From: Felis catus
Taxonomy: Eukaryota
Length of the DNA: 64,000 nucleotides
Assembly: GCF_018350175.1 (NCBI RefSeq)
Contig: NC_058368.1
Coordinates: 159,838,001-159,902,000 of the forward strand
Direction of reading: 5' to 3'
Of this stretch, positions 52,286-64,000 are shown in pieces. A program made the position numbers and the translations under genes. Within the stretch, counting starts at the first letter, position 1. Every line of letters begins with the position of its first letter. Under the pieces are notes generated by a model. It saw nothing but the letters and a program-made list of their open reading frames with translations. It was not told the origin of the DNA and searched no databases.

Positions 52286-54993
52286 CATAGTTAAAAATTT
52301 TTTAATCTGGGGCATGATTACCCTAAAGAATTAAAAATACAATGACAACATCTACATAAACTTTCCAGATCACAAAAATGACTATCCTTTGATAAATAAC
52401 TATGTTCACTGGAAGCGTATGGACAGTATGATGATCTATCATAGAGGATTTCCTGGGTAACAAGATGAAATTTAAGGTAATACTTGCTAGAATATAGGTC
52501 TGGCTGCATTTGAAGCTGTTAGTACAAGTCTCTTATCAACTCACAGGTCTTTAGGTTGTTTGAGTTTCGCTTTTCTGAACACAGTATAGAGCTTTTAAAC
52601 TGTGAAGTAAATGCTTTAGGACAGTGTGTTTCAAAGTGTTTTCCTCAGTCCCTGGATGGTTCCTCATAGTCTACGAAGGATCCTCAGTCTGGCAATTGTA
52701 ACCTTTTTTTTTAATGTTACATTTTTTTTTCCATTTATTTCATAAATTTGACATTTAAGGTGAATTTTAATTTTTGCTAAGATCTCATTAGATCTTAACA
52801 ATGTCTGAGCTTTTAGAGTTGTACATGTGCTTTTTGGACTGTACTCATCACAAAATCTTGTATAACATTCAACTATATGAAAATACTGTCTGTTCACAGT
52901 GTTTTCAAGTCAACTGAATACTGTCATTTCAATTTGTTAAATATGCATTTTTCATCATCCAAATTTAAAGAAAATATATCCATAGTATAAAGTGGTTCAC
53001 TAAAGATTAAAAGGAGTGACGAAAATGGTAATGTACATACTGTGACTCATAATAAAAGCAGAAAAATAAATAGGGTGCAAAACATCAGTATAAATATAGA
53101 AAGTGAATCTGAGTAAGTGAAAGCAAGAAAATCTAAACATGTAATGATATTCCACAAGCAACCAATAAAGAAAATTATATACAGTGAAAAATATAAGATA
53201 AATGAACTTTATTGGAAAATTGATCCACTGCCTCCAGCCCTAGTGCATTATCTGTTAAAATACTTGTCTACAGTAGCATATAGCCCTAGAGGGTCTTATG
53301 CATAGTGACTATTCTTGTAAACTTAATCACATTTTTGTAAAACTATGCAAAATAATGTTATTTAATATACAGTTGCTTAATTTTTTTTTCTGAGAGCAGA
53401 TGAATGACCAAACTACATACTAGTATTTATACACCTGCTACCCTTTATAGCTGTGAAGATTTAAAAACCAAAAAAGGTCAACGTCTTGTTATATCAAAAA
53501 CAACGTCTTGTTTTCTTGTTATATGTTTCAAGAAAAACATCTTCAAACAACATGTCTTACCATGTATCAATAATTTATATAACATCATAACAATAAAACA
53601 ATGTGATACTGCCTCAGAATGAGAAAAATAAGCCAGTGAACAGAAAAGAGGTAAGAAGTTGACCTAAGTCAACTTCCTATGTATATAGGAACTTGATATA
53701 TTATGAGGATCTGTTGAAAAGTTTTCCAAGGATGAAAGCACTAGCAGGCACCGTTTTTTTGGCCCTTCCCTTCTACCTAGCTGGCCTGGCTCTCATGGAG
53801 CTCTGATACTCTCTCCGTCTACTTACTCACTCCAGCATTTCCTGCAGACTCACTGGCCCATGCCACCCACGTGGCCCAGAACCCCTTCCAAACAGCTCAC
53901 CACCCTGCCACACCTGACAGGCCCCCATGGCCATCACCAGAGCCCTTTTCAAGGGGCTCACCACCCCCACCACTCCCAACAGGTGGCCTCAGCCAGCACC
54001 AGAATTCTTCCTGGGCACCTCTGTCTGAGGGGATCAGCCCAGTACACTAAAACATCTACAAAAGTTGCAGCCAGACCTCAAAGCAAGTCTCACTGGAGGC
54101 CTATCTTGCCCATCGGTATGCTATCACTGTCACAGCCAAGCTTGTAGCCAGCTATACCAAGAACTGACAGCACACCCAGTGGGCCCATAACAGTCATATC
54201 CAGGCCTCTCAGTGAGAGATGCCAGGGGCCAGCCCTGATTACTGGTATGCCAACAGCAGTCACAACAAGACCTCACAGACAGATGCACCAGGGGACAGTC
54301 CTGCAAAACAGTGAGTCTGCACCAGTCACAACCTAGCCACAAAAGGAAGGTACATGCAGCCCACACAGGGGGTACTTCTAGGGCAGCTGGCTCAGGTTAC
54401 CAAGGTTACCCATAGGACTCCTTCTGCACAAAGCCACTCCTTTATGATGGGGAGACATAAATGATCTACCTAACACAAAGAAACAGGAAGTTAGGCGAAA
54501 TGAGGAGACAGAGGGATATGTTCTCAAGAAAAGAGCAAGAAAAACACCTTAGAAAAAGAATTAAAACAAAGCTATCTGTCACACTAAGAATTCAAAGTAA
54601 TAATCATAAAGATATTCACTGAACTCAGCAAAAGAATTAATGAACACAGTGATAACAGTGATAGGAACTACAAAAAAGAACCAATCAGAGGTGAAGAATA
54701 CAAAAACTGAAATGAAAAATACACTAGAGGCAATCAATAGCAGATCCGATGACACAGAAGAATGAATCAGTGATCTGAAAGATGGGATGATGAAAATCAC
54801 CCAGCCAAAACAACAAAAAGAAAAAGAAGAGGGGGAAAAAAGATAGCTTAAGGAAACTCTGGGAGAACATCTAGCATAATAACATTCACATAGTAGTGGT
54901 CCCAGAAAACGGGAGAGAAAAAGGCTGAGGAAAACTAGATGAGGCAATATTGGATGAAAACTTCCCTAATTTGGTGAAAGAAACAGATATCCA

Positions 54994-55100
54994 GGGGCAC
55001 CTGGCTGGCTCAGTCCATGGAAGAAGCAACTCTTAATCTTAGGGTTGTAAGTTCGAACCCTATGTTGGGTATAGAGATTACTTAAAAATAAAATCTTAAG
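54994..55100 (+). mobile_element. Short tRNA-Lys-like SINEC lacking the CT tract
   Basis: ggggcacctggctggctcagt...actcttaatcttagggttgtaagttcgaacc: A box, CTT anticodon-like loop, B box, then a short A tail. Confidence 0.8.
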
Positions 55101-55357
55101 GAAAAGAAAAAAGAAAGAGACATCCAAATCCAGAAAGCACTAACAGTCCCAAATAAAATGAACCCAAAGAGACCCACACTAAGACACATTATAATCAAAG
55201 AATCAACAGTTAAAGATAAAGAGAGAATCTTAGAAGTACCAAGAGAAAAACAAGTAGTTATTAATAAGGAAACTTCCAGAAGAATATTAGCTGATTTTTC
55301 AGCAGAAAATTCATAGACCAGAAGGAGTGGCATAATATATTAAAAATGCTGAAAAGA

Positions 55358-55745
55358 GGGCACATGTGTTGCTCAATTAAGCATCCAACTCTTGATTTTG
55401 GATCAGGTCATGATTTCATGGTCATGAGACTGAACCTCACATCAGTCTTGGGATTCTCTCTGTCCCTCTCCCTCTGCCCATCCCCTGCTTGTGTGTGCCC
55501 TCTCTCTCTCAAAAAATAAAAAGTTTAAAAAGTACTGAAAGGGGGACACCTGGGTGGCTCAGTCGGATAAATGTCCAACTTCGGCTCAGGTCATGATCTC
55601 ATGGTTTGTGAGTTTGAGACCCGCATAAGCTCCGTGCTGACAGCTCAGAGCCTGCAGCCTGCTTTGGATTCTGTGTCCCCCTTCCTCTCTGCCCCTCCCC
55701 CGCTGGCACTCTGTTTCTCTCTCCTTCAAATAAACATCAAAAAAG
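55358..55745 (+). mobile_element. Two tandem SINECs (55358-55527 and 55541-55745)
   Basis: Two heads and two tails separated by a copy of the target sequence aagtactgaaa. Confidence 0.88.
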
Positions 55746-56139
55746 AAGTACTGAAAGGAAAAAAATACCACCAAGAATATTCTACGGGACAAAGTCATCA
55801 CACAAAATTGAAGAAGGGATAAGGAGATTCTCCAACAAACAAAAGCTAAAGTTTGTCAACACCAAACCGGCCTTACAAGAAATGTTCAAGGGACTTCTTA
55901 AAATGAAAAAGAAAAGGTCCTAACTAGAAAGAAGAAAATTATGAAGGAAAAAATATCTCACTGGCAAAGATAAACATATAGTAAAAGTAATAGATCAACC
56001 ACCTATATAACTAGTATGGAGATTAAAAGAATAAAATAGTAAAATCATCTAGGCCTAAAGTAATTAGGCCTACGCAAAATAATAAGATGCAAATTATACA
56101 TCAAAAACATAAAATATGGTGAGGGAGAGTAAAAATGTA

Positions 56140-57296
56140 CTGTATGTATGTATGTATTTTTATATTTGAGAGAGAGAGAGAGCAGGGAAGGGGCAGAGAA
56201 AGAGAGAGACACAGAATCCAAAGCAGGCTCCAGTCTCTGAGGTGTCAGCACAGAGCCTGACATGGGGCGTGAACTCACAATCAGTGAGATCATGACCTGA
56301 GCCAAAGTCAGATGTTCAACTGACTGAGCTACCCAGGTGCCCCCCAGAAATGTAGTGCTTTTACAATGCATGAACTTAAGTGACCATCAAATTAGATTGC
56401 TATATACATAAGATGTTATATATGAACCTCATGCTAACCACAAACCAAATACCTTTGATACACAAAAAATAAAGAGGAAGGAGTCCAAGAATAACACTAA
56501 AGAAACTCACCAAATCACAAGGAAAGAGAACAAAAGAAGGATAAAAGAACAGAGAAGAACTACCAAACCACAAGAAAGCAATCAACAAAATGGCAATAAG
56601 TATGTATCTATCAATAATTATTTTTTAATTTATTTTTATTTTTTTGACATTTATTTATTTTTGAGACAGAGAGAGAGAGCATGAACAGGGAATGGTTAGA
56701 GACAGAGGGAGACACAGAATCTGAAACAGGCTCCAGGCTCTGAGCTGTCAGCACAGAGCCCGATGCGGGGCTCGAACTCACGGACCGTGAGATCATGACC
56801 TGAGCTGAAGTCGGACACTTAACCGACTGAGCCACCCAGGCGCCCCTCAATAATTACTTTAAATGTAAATGGACTAAATGTTCCAATCAAAATACACAGG
56901 GTGGCTGAATGGCTAAAAAAGCAGACCCGCATACCTGTTGCCTACAAGAGATTCATTTCAGAGTTAACAACACACACAAAGTGAAGTGAAAGTGAAAGGA
57001 TGGAAAAGTTATCTCATTCAAATATAAACAAAAACATAAGGCAGGATACCAATACTTACATAGGACAAAACAGACTCTTTTTTTAAAATTATTTCTTATG
57101 TTTTATTTTTTATATTTGAGAGAGAGAGAGAGAGCAAGCAGGGGAGGGCCAGAGAGATGGAGACAGAATCCAAAGCAGGCTCCAGGCTCTGAGCTATTAG
57201 CACAGAGCCTGATGCGGGGCTTGAACTCTTGAGTAGTGAGATCATGACCTGAACCGAAGTCAGACCCCCAACTGACTGAACCACCCAAGTGGCCCC
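56140..57296 (-). mobile_element. Three antisense SINECs (~56140-56345, 56621-56846, ~57078-57296) within the L1
   Basis: Each is a reverse-complement SINEC; TSDs include tcaataatta and aaaa(c/t)agact. Confidence 0.9.
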
Positions 57297-58467
57297 AAAA
57301 TAGACTTTAAAATAAAGACTGCAACAAAAGACAGAAAAGGGCATATGTAATAATCTAAGTAGGGGATATACAACTTATGAATATCTATGCACCCAACATA
57401 GGGGCAACTAAATGCATATAGCAAGTATTGACAGACATAAACAGAAAAACTGACTGTAAAACAAGAGTAGAAGATTTTAATATCCCACTTACATTAATGG
57501 ATAGATTATCCAGACAGAATGTCAATAAGAAAACATTGGTCTTAAATGACAACATTAGACAAGATGGACTTAATAGATGTATACAGAACATTCATCCAAA
57601 CCCAGCAGAATTCACATTCTCTCCAGTACACACAGGGCATTCTCCAGGACAGATCACATGTCAGGCCACAAAACAACCCTCAATAAATTTAAAAAGAAGA
57701 AATTTTCAACCACAAGGGTATGAAACCAGAAATCAGTTACAAGAAGAAAACTGGAAAAACACAAACATGTGAGGCTAAAAAGCATTCTACTAAACAACGA
57801 ATGTGTCAATGAAGAAATCGAAGAGGAAATAAGAAGAAATACCTATTTACAAATGAAAATGGAAACACAGCTTTCCAAAATCTGTGGGACTCAGCAAATT
57901 AGTTGTAAGGGGCAAGTTTATAGCACTATAGGCCCAAGTAAACAAACAAGAAAAATCTCAAACAATCTTAAACTTGCACCTAAAGGAACTAGAAAAAGAA
58001 CATAGTAGAAGGAATGAAATAATAAAGATCAGAAAAAATAAATGAAATAGAGACTAAAAACAATAGAAAAGATCAATGAAACTAAAATGGTCCTTTGAAA
58101 AGATAAATACAACTGATAAACCTTCAGGCAGACTAATCATGAAAAAAAGAGAAATGATTCTAATAATTAAATCAGAAGTGAAAGAGAAATTTCGACCATA
58201 CTATAGACATACAAAAGATCATACAAGACTTCTATAAACAGTCCTTTGCCAACAAATGGGACAGCCTAGAAGAAATGGATAAATTCCTAGAAACATACAA
58301 CATTTAAACACTGAATTAAGAAGAAATACAAAATCTAAACAGACTGATTACTAGTAATAAATTGAATCAGTAATCAAAAAACTCCCAACAAACAAAAGTC
58401 AAGACCAAACGGATTCAAAGATGAATTCTACCAAACATTTTCTCAAACTCTTTTGTTCCAAAGGAAC

Positions 58468-58747
58468 AAAAGAAGGAGAAGAGAAGGAGAAGGAGAAGGA
58501 GAAGGAGAAGGAGAAGGAGAAGGAGAAGGAGAAGGAGAAGGAGGAGGAGGAGGAGGAGGAGGAGGAGGAGGAGGAGGAGGAGGAGAAGAAGAAGAAGAAG
58601 AAGAAGAAGAAGAAGAAGAAGAAGAAGAAGAAGAGGAGGAGGAGGAGGAGGGGGAGGAGGAGGAGGAGGAGGGGGAGGAGGAGGAGGAGGGGGAGGGGGA
58701 GGGGGAGGGGGAGGAGGAGGAGAAGGAAGGGGGGGGGAGAAGGAAAG
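58468..58747. repeat. 280-nt pure-purine compound microsatellite (GAGAAG)n(GAG)n(AAG)n(GAG/GGG)n
   Basis: No C or T from 58468 to 58747. Confidence 0.97.
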
Positions 58748-60875
58748 TTTCCAAACACATTCTCTGAAACCAGCATTACCTTGATACCCAAACCAGAAAA
58801 AGATACCACAAAATAGAAAATTACAAGCCAATATCCCTGATGAACATGATGTAAATATTCTTAACGAAATATTAGCAAACTGAACTTAACAATACGTTAA
58901 AAGGATCACGCACCATGATTAAGTGGTATGTATTCTAAGAATGCAAGAATAGTTCAATATCCACAAATCAATCAACATGATACACCACATTAACAAAAAG
59001 AAGTATAAAAATTCTATGATCATCTCAATACATACAAAAAATTTGGTAACATTCGACATCCATTTACAATTAAAAAAAAAAAAAAACCTCTCAAAAAAGT
59101 AGACATAGAGTGAACGTATCCTCAACATAACAAAGACCATTTACAAAAAACCCACAGCTAACATTATACTCAATGGTGAAAACCTGAAAGCTTTTCCTCT
59201 GATAAAGAACAAGACAAGAATGCCTACTCTTTCTTGCCACTTTTATTCAACATAGTATTGGAAGTTTTAGCCATATCAATTAGGCAAAAAATAAAATAAA
59301 GAAAATAAAGAAAAGTAAAACAAAACAAAATGAATTCAATTTTAAAAAATAAAAAATTTATAAATTAAAAAATAAAATAAGACAAAAGGCATCCAAATTT
59401 GAAAAGAATAAAACTATTTGCAGATAATATGATACTATGTACATAGAAAACCCTGAAGAGCACCAAAAAATTACTAAAACTAATAAATAAATTCAGTAAA
59501 GTTTCAGGATACAAAATTAATAGGCATAAGTCTGTTTCATTTCTATACACTAATAATAAACCATCAGAAAAACTAAGTAAACAATATCATTCATAATTTC
59601 ATCAAAACAATAAAATACCTAAGGAATAAATTTAACCAAAGGGGTGAAAGACCAATACTCTAAAATCTATAAGACACTGATGAAAGAAATTGGAAGAACA
59701 ATACAAATGAAAAGATATACAATGCTCATGGATTAGAAGAATTAATATTGTTAAGATGTCCATACTACCCAAAACATTCTACAGATTCAATACCATTCCT
59801 ATCAAAATACTAATGACATTTTTCACAGAATTAGAACAAATAATCCAAAAATAGCCAAAGTAATCTTGAGAAAGAACAAAGCTGGAGGAATCCACTTCCT
59901 GATATCAAACTGTACTACAAAGCTTTAATAGTCAAAACAGTGTGGTACTGGCACATACATATCAATCAATGAAACAGGACAAAGAGTCCAGAAACAAACC
60001 CATGCTTATACACTCAATTAATCTTCAACATAGGATGCAATAACATATAATGGGGAAAAGTCAGTCTCTTCAATAAATGGTGCTGGGAAAACTGGACAGG
60101 TACATAGAGAAGAATGAAACTGGACCTCTTTCTTACACTGTGTATGAAAACAAACCCAGAATGGATTAAAGACTTACATGTAAGATCAGAAACCATTAAA
60201 CCCTTAGAAGAAAGCATAAGCACTAAGCTCTTGACATAATCAGTCTGATGAATGGTTTTGTGTGTGCGTGTGTGTGGATCTGCCTCCTCAGGCAAGGACA
60301 ACAAAAGCAAGAATAAATAAATGACACCACATCAAACAAAATACTTTTCAACACTGATAAAAATCATTAACAAAATGAAAAGGTAACCAAGTTATTTGTA
60401 AATGATATAACCAATAAAGAAAGAGTTAATATCCACACAACTCAGTATCAAAAAAATGCCAACAATCCAATTTAAAATAAAAGGGTGGGGGGGGGGGGGT
60501 GCAGAAGACCTGAATAGACATTTCTCCAAAAAATACATACAGATGGCCAACAGACAAAAAAAAAAAAAAAAAGTGTTCCATATCACTAATCACTGGGAAA
60601 ATGCAAATCAAAACCACAATGAGATATCATTTCACATCTGTTAGAATGGCTATGATCAATAAGACAAGAAATAACAAGCATTAATAAGGATATGGAGAAA
60701 GGGAACCTCATGCACTATTGGTAAAAATGCAAAATGGTAGAGCCACTATGGAAAACAGTATGGAATGTGTTCAAAAAATTAAAAATAGAACCACCACATG
60801 ATCTAGCAATTTCACATGTGGGCATTTACCCAAAGACAATGAACACACCAATTAAAAATATATATATGCATCCCA

Positions 60876-61042
60876 GGGCACTTGGGTAGCTCAGTCAGCT
60901 GGGCGTCTGACTTGGGCTCAGATTATGATCTCCCAGTTCATGAGTTAGAGCCCGCTTTGGGCTCTGTGCTGACAACTCAGAGCCTAGAGCCTGCTTTGGA
61001 TCCTGGGTCTCCCTTTCTTTCTGTGCCTCTCCCCCGCTGGTG

Positions 61043-61094
<52 letters not shown>

Positions 61095-61116
61095 AGGTTA
61101 AATAAACATTTTTTTA
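60876..61116 (+). mobile_element. SINEC in L1
   Basis: TSD atatatgcatc; long (CT)n. Confidence 0.9.
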
Positions 61117-61477
61117 AATATATGCATCTCAATGCTTAATGCAGCGTTATTTACAATAGCCAAGATATGGAAGCGACCCAAGATGCTGTGGTATAGATAC
61201 ATAATGGAATATTACTTAGCCATAAAAGAAAGAATCAAATCTTGTTATTTGTGAGGACGTGAAGGAGTTGGTAGCATGCTAAGTGAAATAAATTAGACAA
61301 AGACAAGTATGTATGATTTCATTTATATGTGCAATCTAAAAAAATAAAACAAATGAGCAGAGAAAAACTAAAACAAAATAGAAACAAATTCTTAGATTTA
61401 GACAACAATCTGGTGATTGCCAGAGAAGAGGGTGAGGAGACAGGCAAAATAGGTGAAGCAGATTAAAAGGTACAAAC

Positions 61478-61689
61478 TGTGCTGACAGCTTAGAGCCTGG
61501 AGTCTGCTTCAGAATCTGTGTCTCCCTCTCTCTCTGCCCCTACCCCGCTCACGCTCTGTCTCTCTGTCTGTTGGGATGAGCACTGGGTGTTGTATGGAAA
61601 CCAATTTGACAATAAATTTCATATTAAAATAATAATAATAATAATAATAAAATAAAAAATAAACGTTAAAAATTTTAAAAATAAAAATG
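61478..61689 (+). mobile_element. 5'-truncated SINEC containing an L1_Fc-like 3' tip
   Basis: 12-bp TSD aaaggtacaaac; L1 3' terminal sequence at 61570-61625. Confidence 0.85.
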
Positions 61690-62841
61690 AAAGGTACAAA
61701 CCTCCAATTATAAAATAAATAAGACACAGGGTACATGTACAGCATAGGGAATATAGTTAATAATATGTAACAACTTTGTATAGCACAGAGGGTAGCTAGT
61801 TTTCCTGGTGATCACTATGTAATGTATATAAATGTTGTATCACTATGTTGTGCATCTGAAACTCATAATATTGTATGTCAACTATACTCCAATAAAAATT
61901 AGTAAACAAAATTTTTTAAAAAGCAAACTACGTAAAGAAAAAGGTTGATAAATTTGAAATCTTTAACTTTGATATGAAATTTTAGAACACATTTACATAC
62001 AGAAAATATTTTTAAAATGAATCATTGACTTGGGAGAGGCCAAAAGGGAAACAGATTCAGAGAAGATACCCAGGAGATTCCATTATGTCTATAGACTTTC
62101 TCCCAAATATGTGTGCTTACACATGTATAGCAAAATGCTATTGTGTGATAAAGTTAACTTACTGGTGTGGGCTATAATGTTTTCTAAAATTTCTCTATGC
62201 TTAAAATAGTTGATAGAAAAAACATTAAAGAATGTTTCAGAAATGTGGCAAGTAGAACGTGATTTCCATCATTTGTGAAGTATGAGCTGCAGAAGGAAAT
62301 GTGAGAGTGAGTGGGAGAGTGATATTCTCAAAGAGATAATGGCAAAATACTTTTTAAAATGGATGAAAGACGTGAATCAAGATTTAAACACACCCTTTGT
62401 GAATTCTCGTGAACACACACCTTTCTTAAGGAAATATTAAGCTTGAACTAAGATGTGTTTGGCTATAATTTGTACCAGAAGAATCAAAGCATGTGGGCTG
62501 GGATGGAACAAATTTGTTATCAAACTGGAATACCAAACATTAAGTATTCTTATCTGCCTGCCAATGAATAGAAATTAAACCATTGGTAAAATTCCCTTTT
62601 TAGACGACATGGTTAGATGTTATGCAATAGAAAGGACATACAGTGTGGAGGAGCAATCATTTTTTTCTGTGTGCTAGCAGATAATTTACTTCATTGTTTA
62701 TCATTGGTGATCAAGGTGATGATTTAGATTATGTATGTAATACATATACGGTAGAAATATTTGGTGATAGATTCTTGTTTTGTTTATCACTGAAAGCCCA
62801 GACTATATGAGAATAGACTTTTCATTTGGTAACTGGTTTTT

Positions 62842-62874
62842 TGTTTGTTTGTTTATAAATGTTTGTTTATTTCT

Positions 62875-62922
<48 letters not shown>

Positions 62923-63064
62923 CAGGGAGAGAGGGGGACAGAGGATCCCAAGCAGGCTCCGGCTGACAGCAGAGAGCCAGATGTGGGCTTGAACTCACGA
63001 ACCACTAGAACATGAGCTGAGCTGAAGTTGGATGCTCAACCGACTGAGCCACCCAGGTGCCCCC
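62842..63064 (-). mobile_element. SINEC
   Basis: 13-bp TSD gtaactggttttt (62829-62841 and 63066-63078); (GA)n tract. Confidence 0.93.
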
Positions 63065-63127
63065 AGTAACTGGTTTTTGTTTGTTTTTCTGTTTTTGTTT
63101 TTGAGCCATAATATAGATGGGGGTGGG

Positions 63128-63449
63128 GTGGTATTAAACTATGGCCCACAGGCCAAATCTGACCAACCACCTGTGAGCCCCCTAGCTAACAACAGCTTTT
63201 ATACTTTCAAATGGTAAAAAAAATAACAATACTCATAATAATTAACACTAAATTTCCTGATGTGTGAAAATTATGTGAAATTAAAATTTCAACATTCATA
63301 ACGGTTTTTAACACAGGCACTTTCCTTTATACAGTGTTTCTTGCTACTTTGATGCTACAAACAGTAGTTGCAACAGAGAATGTAGGGCCTGTAAAACCTG
63401 AAATATTAACTCTGCAGCATTTTAGAGAAAAAGTTTACTAACCCTCCTG
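63128..63449. mobile_element. MER58-like (hAT-Charlie) DNA transposon relic
   Basis: Ends aaactatggcccacaggccaaatctg and gaaaaagtttactaaccctc resemble MER58 termini. Confidence 0.7.
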
Positions 63450-64000
63450 CCGTAGACTCTAAACGTGTATCTCAAAACACTCCAGCTGATATGCAGAAGG
63501 AAGAGACATAATTGGAAATCATCTATAGATTAATACCAATTTATACACTGCTTAATTCACAGAGAAGAGTTAGTTACGTAGAGAATATGACAGTCATGAT
63601 TCAGCACTAATTGAAATTGTGAAAAATATTACTATAAACTGTGGTTGTGACTGTAACTCCTTCCCATAAGCTATGTGAAGAAATATGAGTTAGTAAGTTT
63701 CTCTGCTTTTACATTCGACAGTAAACTGGCTTTGAAGGGAGAGTTGCTTACATGAGTTTTTGAAAGGAGGGATGACGTGAACACACTTGAAATACCAGCA
63801 GGCAAAACATTTTTACTTTAATGTTGTATCACTCCAGCGAATAGCCAGCGAATGGGTTTCTAACAGCTCAAAACCCATATCCCCACAATTTTGTATTGCG
63901 AGTAGCATAAAACTGTTTACAGGAAGACAAAACTGTAATTCGAATTATTGCATTGTGGAGTTTGACTCTGCAAACACTTGGTTTTGGTTTTTTTTTTTTT

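Larger units (their letters stand above)
53710..61920 (+). mobile_element. Near full-length decayed carnivore L1 (5'UTR, ORF1, ORF2, 3'UTR) with at least 8 nested SINE insertions
   Basis: C-rich 5'UTR ~53710-54490; ORF1-like ~54500-55940 (aaaatgaacccaaagagacccacactaagacacattataatc); ORF2-like from ~56590; 3' end tgtatgtcaactatactccaataaaa. Both ORFs are disrupted. Confidence 0.9.

Noticed and set aside
53655..53676. 9-bp inverted repeat gaagttgac-ctaa-gtcaacttc
   Set aside because: Short, lies in decayed repeat sequence, no ncRNA context.
54994..55070. Possible tRNA-Lys(CTT) gene
   Set aside because: Stems are degenerate and it is followed by a SINE-type A tail inside an L1; it is a SINE head.
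58399..58831. Low-complexity ORFs in five frames (poly-E/K/R/P/L/S)
   Set aside because: Translations of the purine microsatellite.
1..64000. CRISPR arrays, operons or other prokaryotic-type novel systems
   Set aside because: The sequence is mammalian; no regularly spaced repeat-spacer structure or gene cluster is present.

Overview
Mammalian (Felidae-type) genomic DNA, judged from SINEC_Fc-like tRNA-derived SINEs and an L1_Fc-like 3' end. The only intact protein-coding gene is RGMB (repulsive guidance molecule B/DRAGON, + strand). Its coding exons are 7181-7328, 12621-13129 and 28491-29159 (441 aa: signal peptide, GDPH autocleavage site, vWF-D-like region, GPI signal). A likely upstream exon (3776-3851) supplies a 41-aa basic N-terminal extension. 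There are two CpG islands, a 15.4-kb GC-AG intron and a ~2.7-kb 3'UTR. Everything after ~33.7 kb is intergenic and repeat-dense: three decayed L1s carrying nested SINEs, MLT LTRs, Tigger and MER58 DNA-transposon relics, a PPIA processed pseudogene and a 280-nt pure-purine microsatellite. I see no evidence of a wholly new biological system. The most interesting signals are regulatory or isoform features of RGMB and several unusual retrotransposition structures. Repeat subfamily names and comparisons to human RGMB are from memory, not from database searches.
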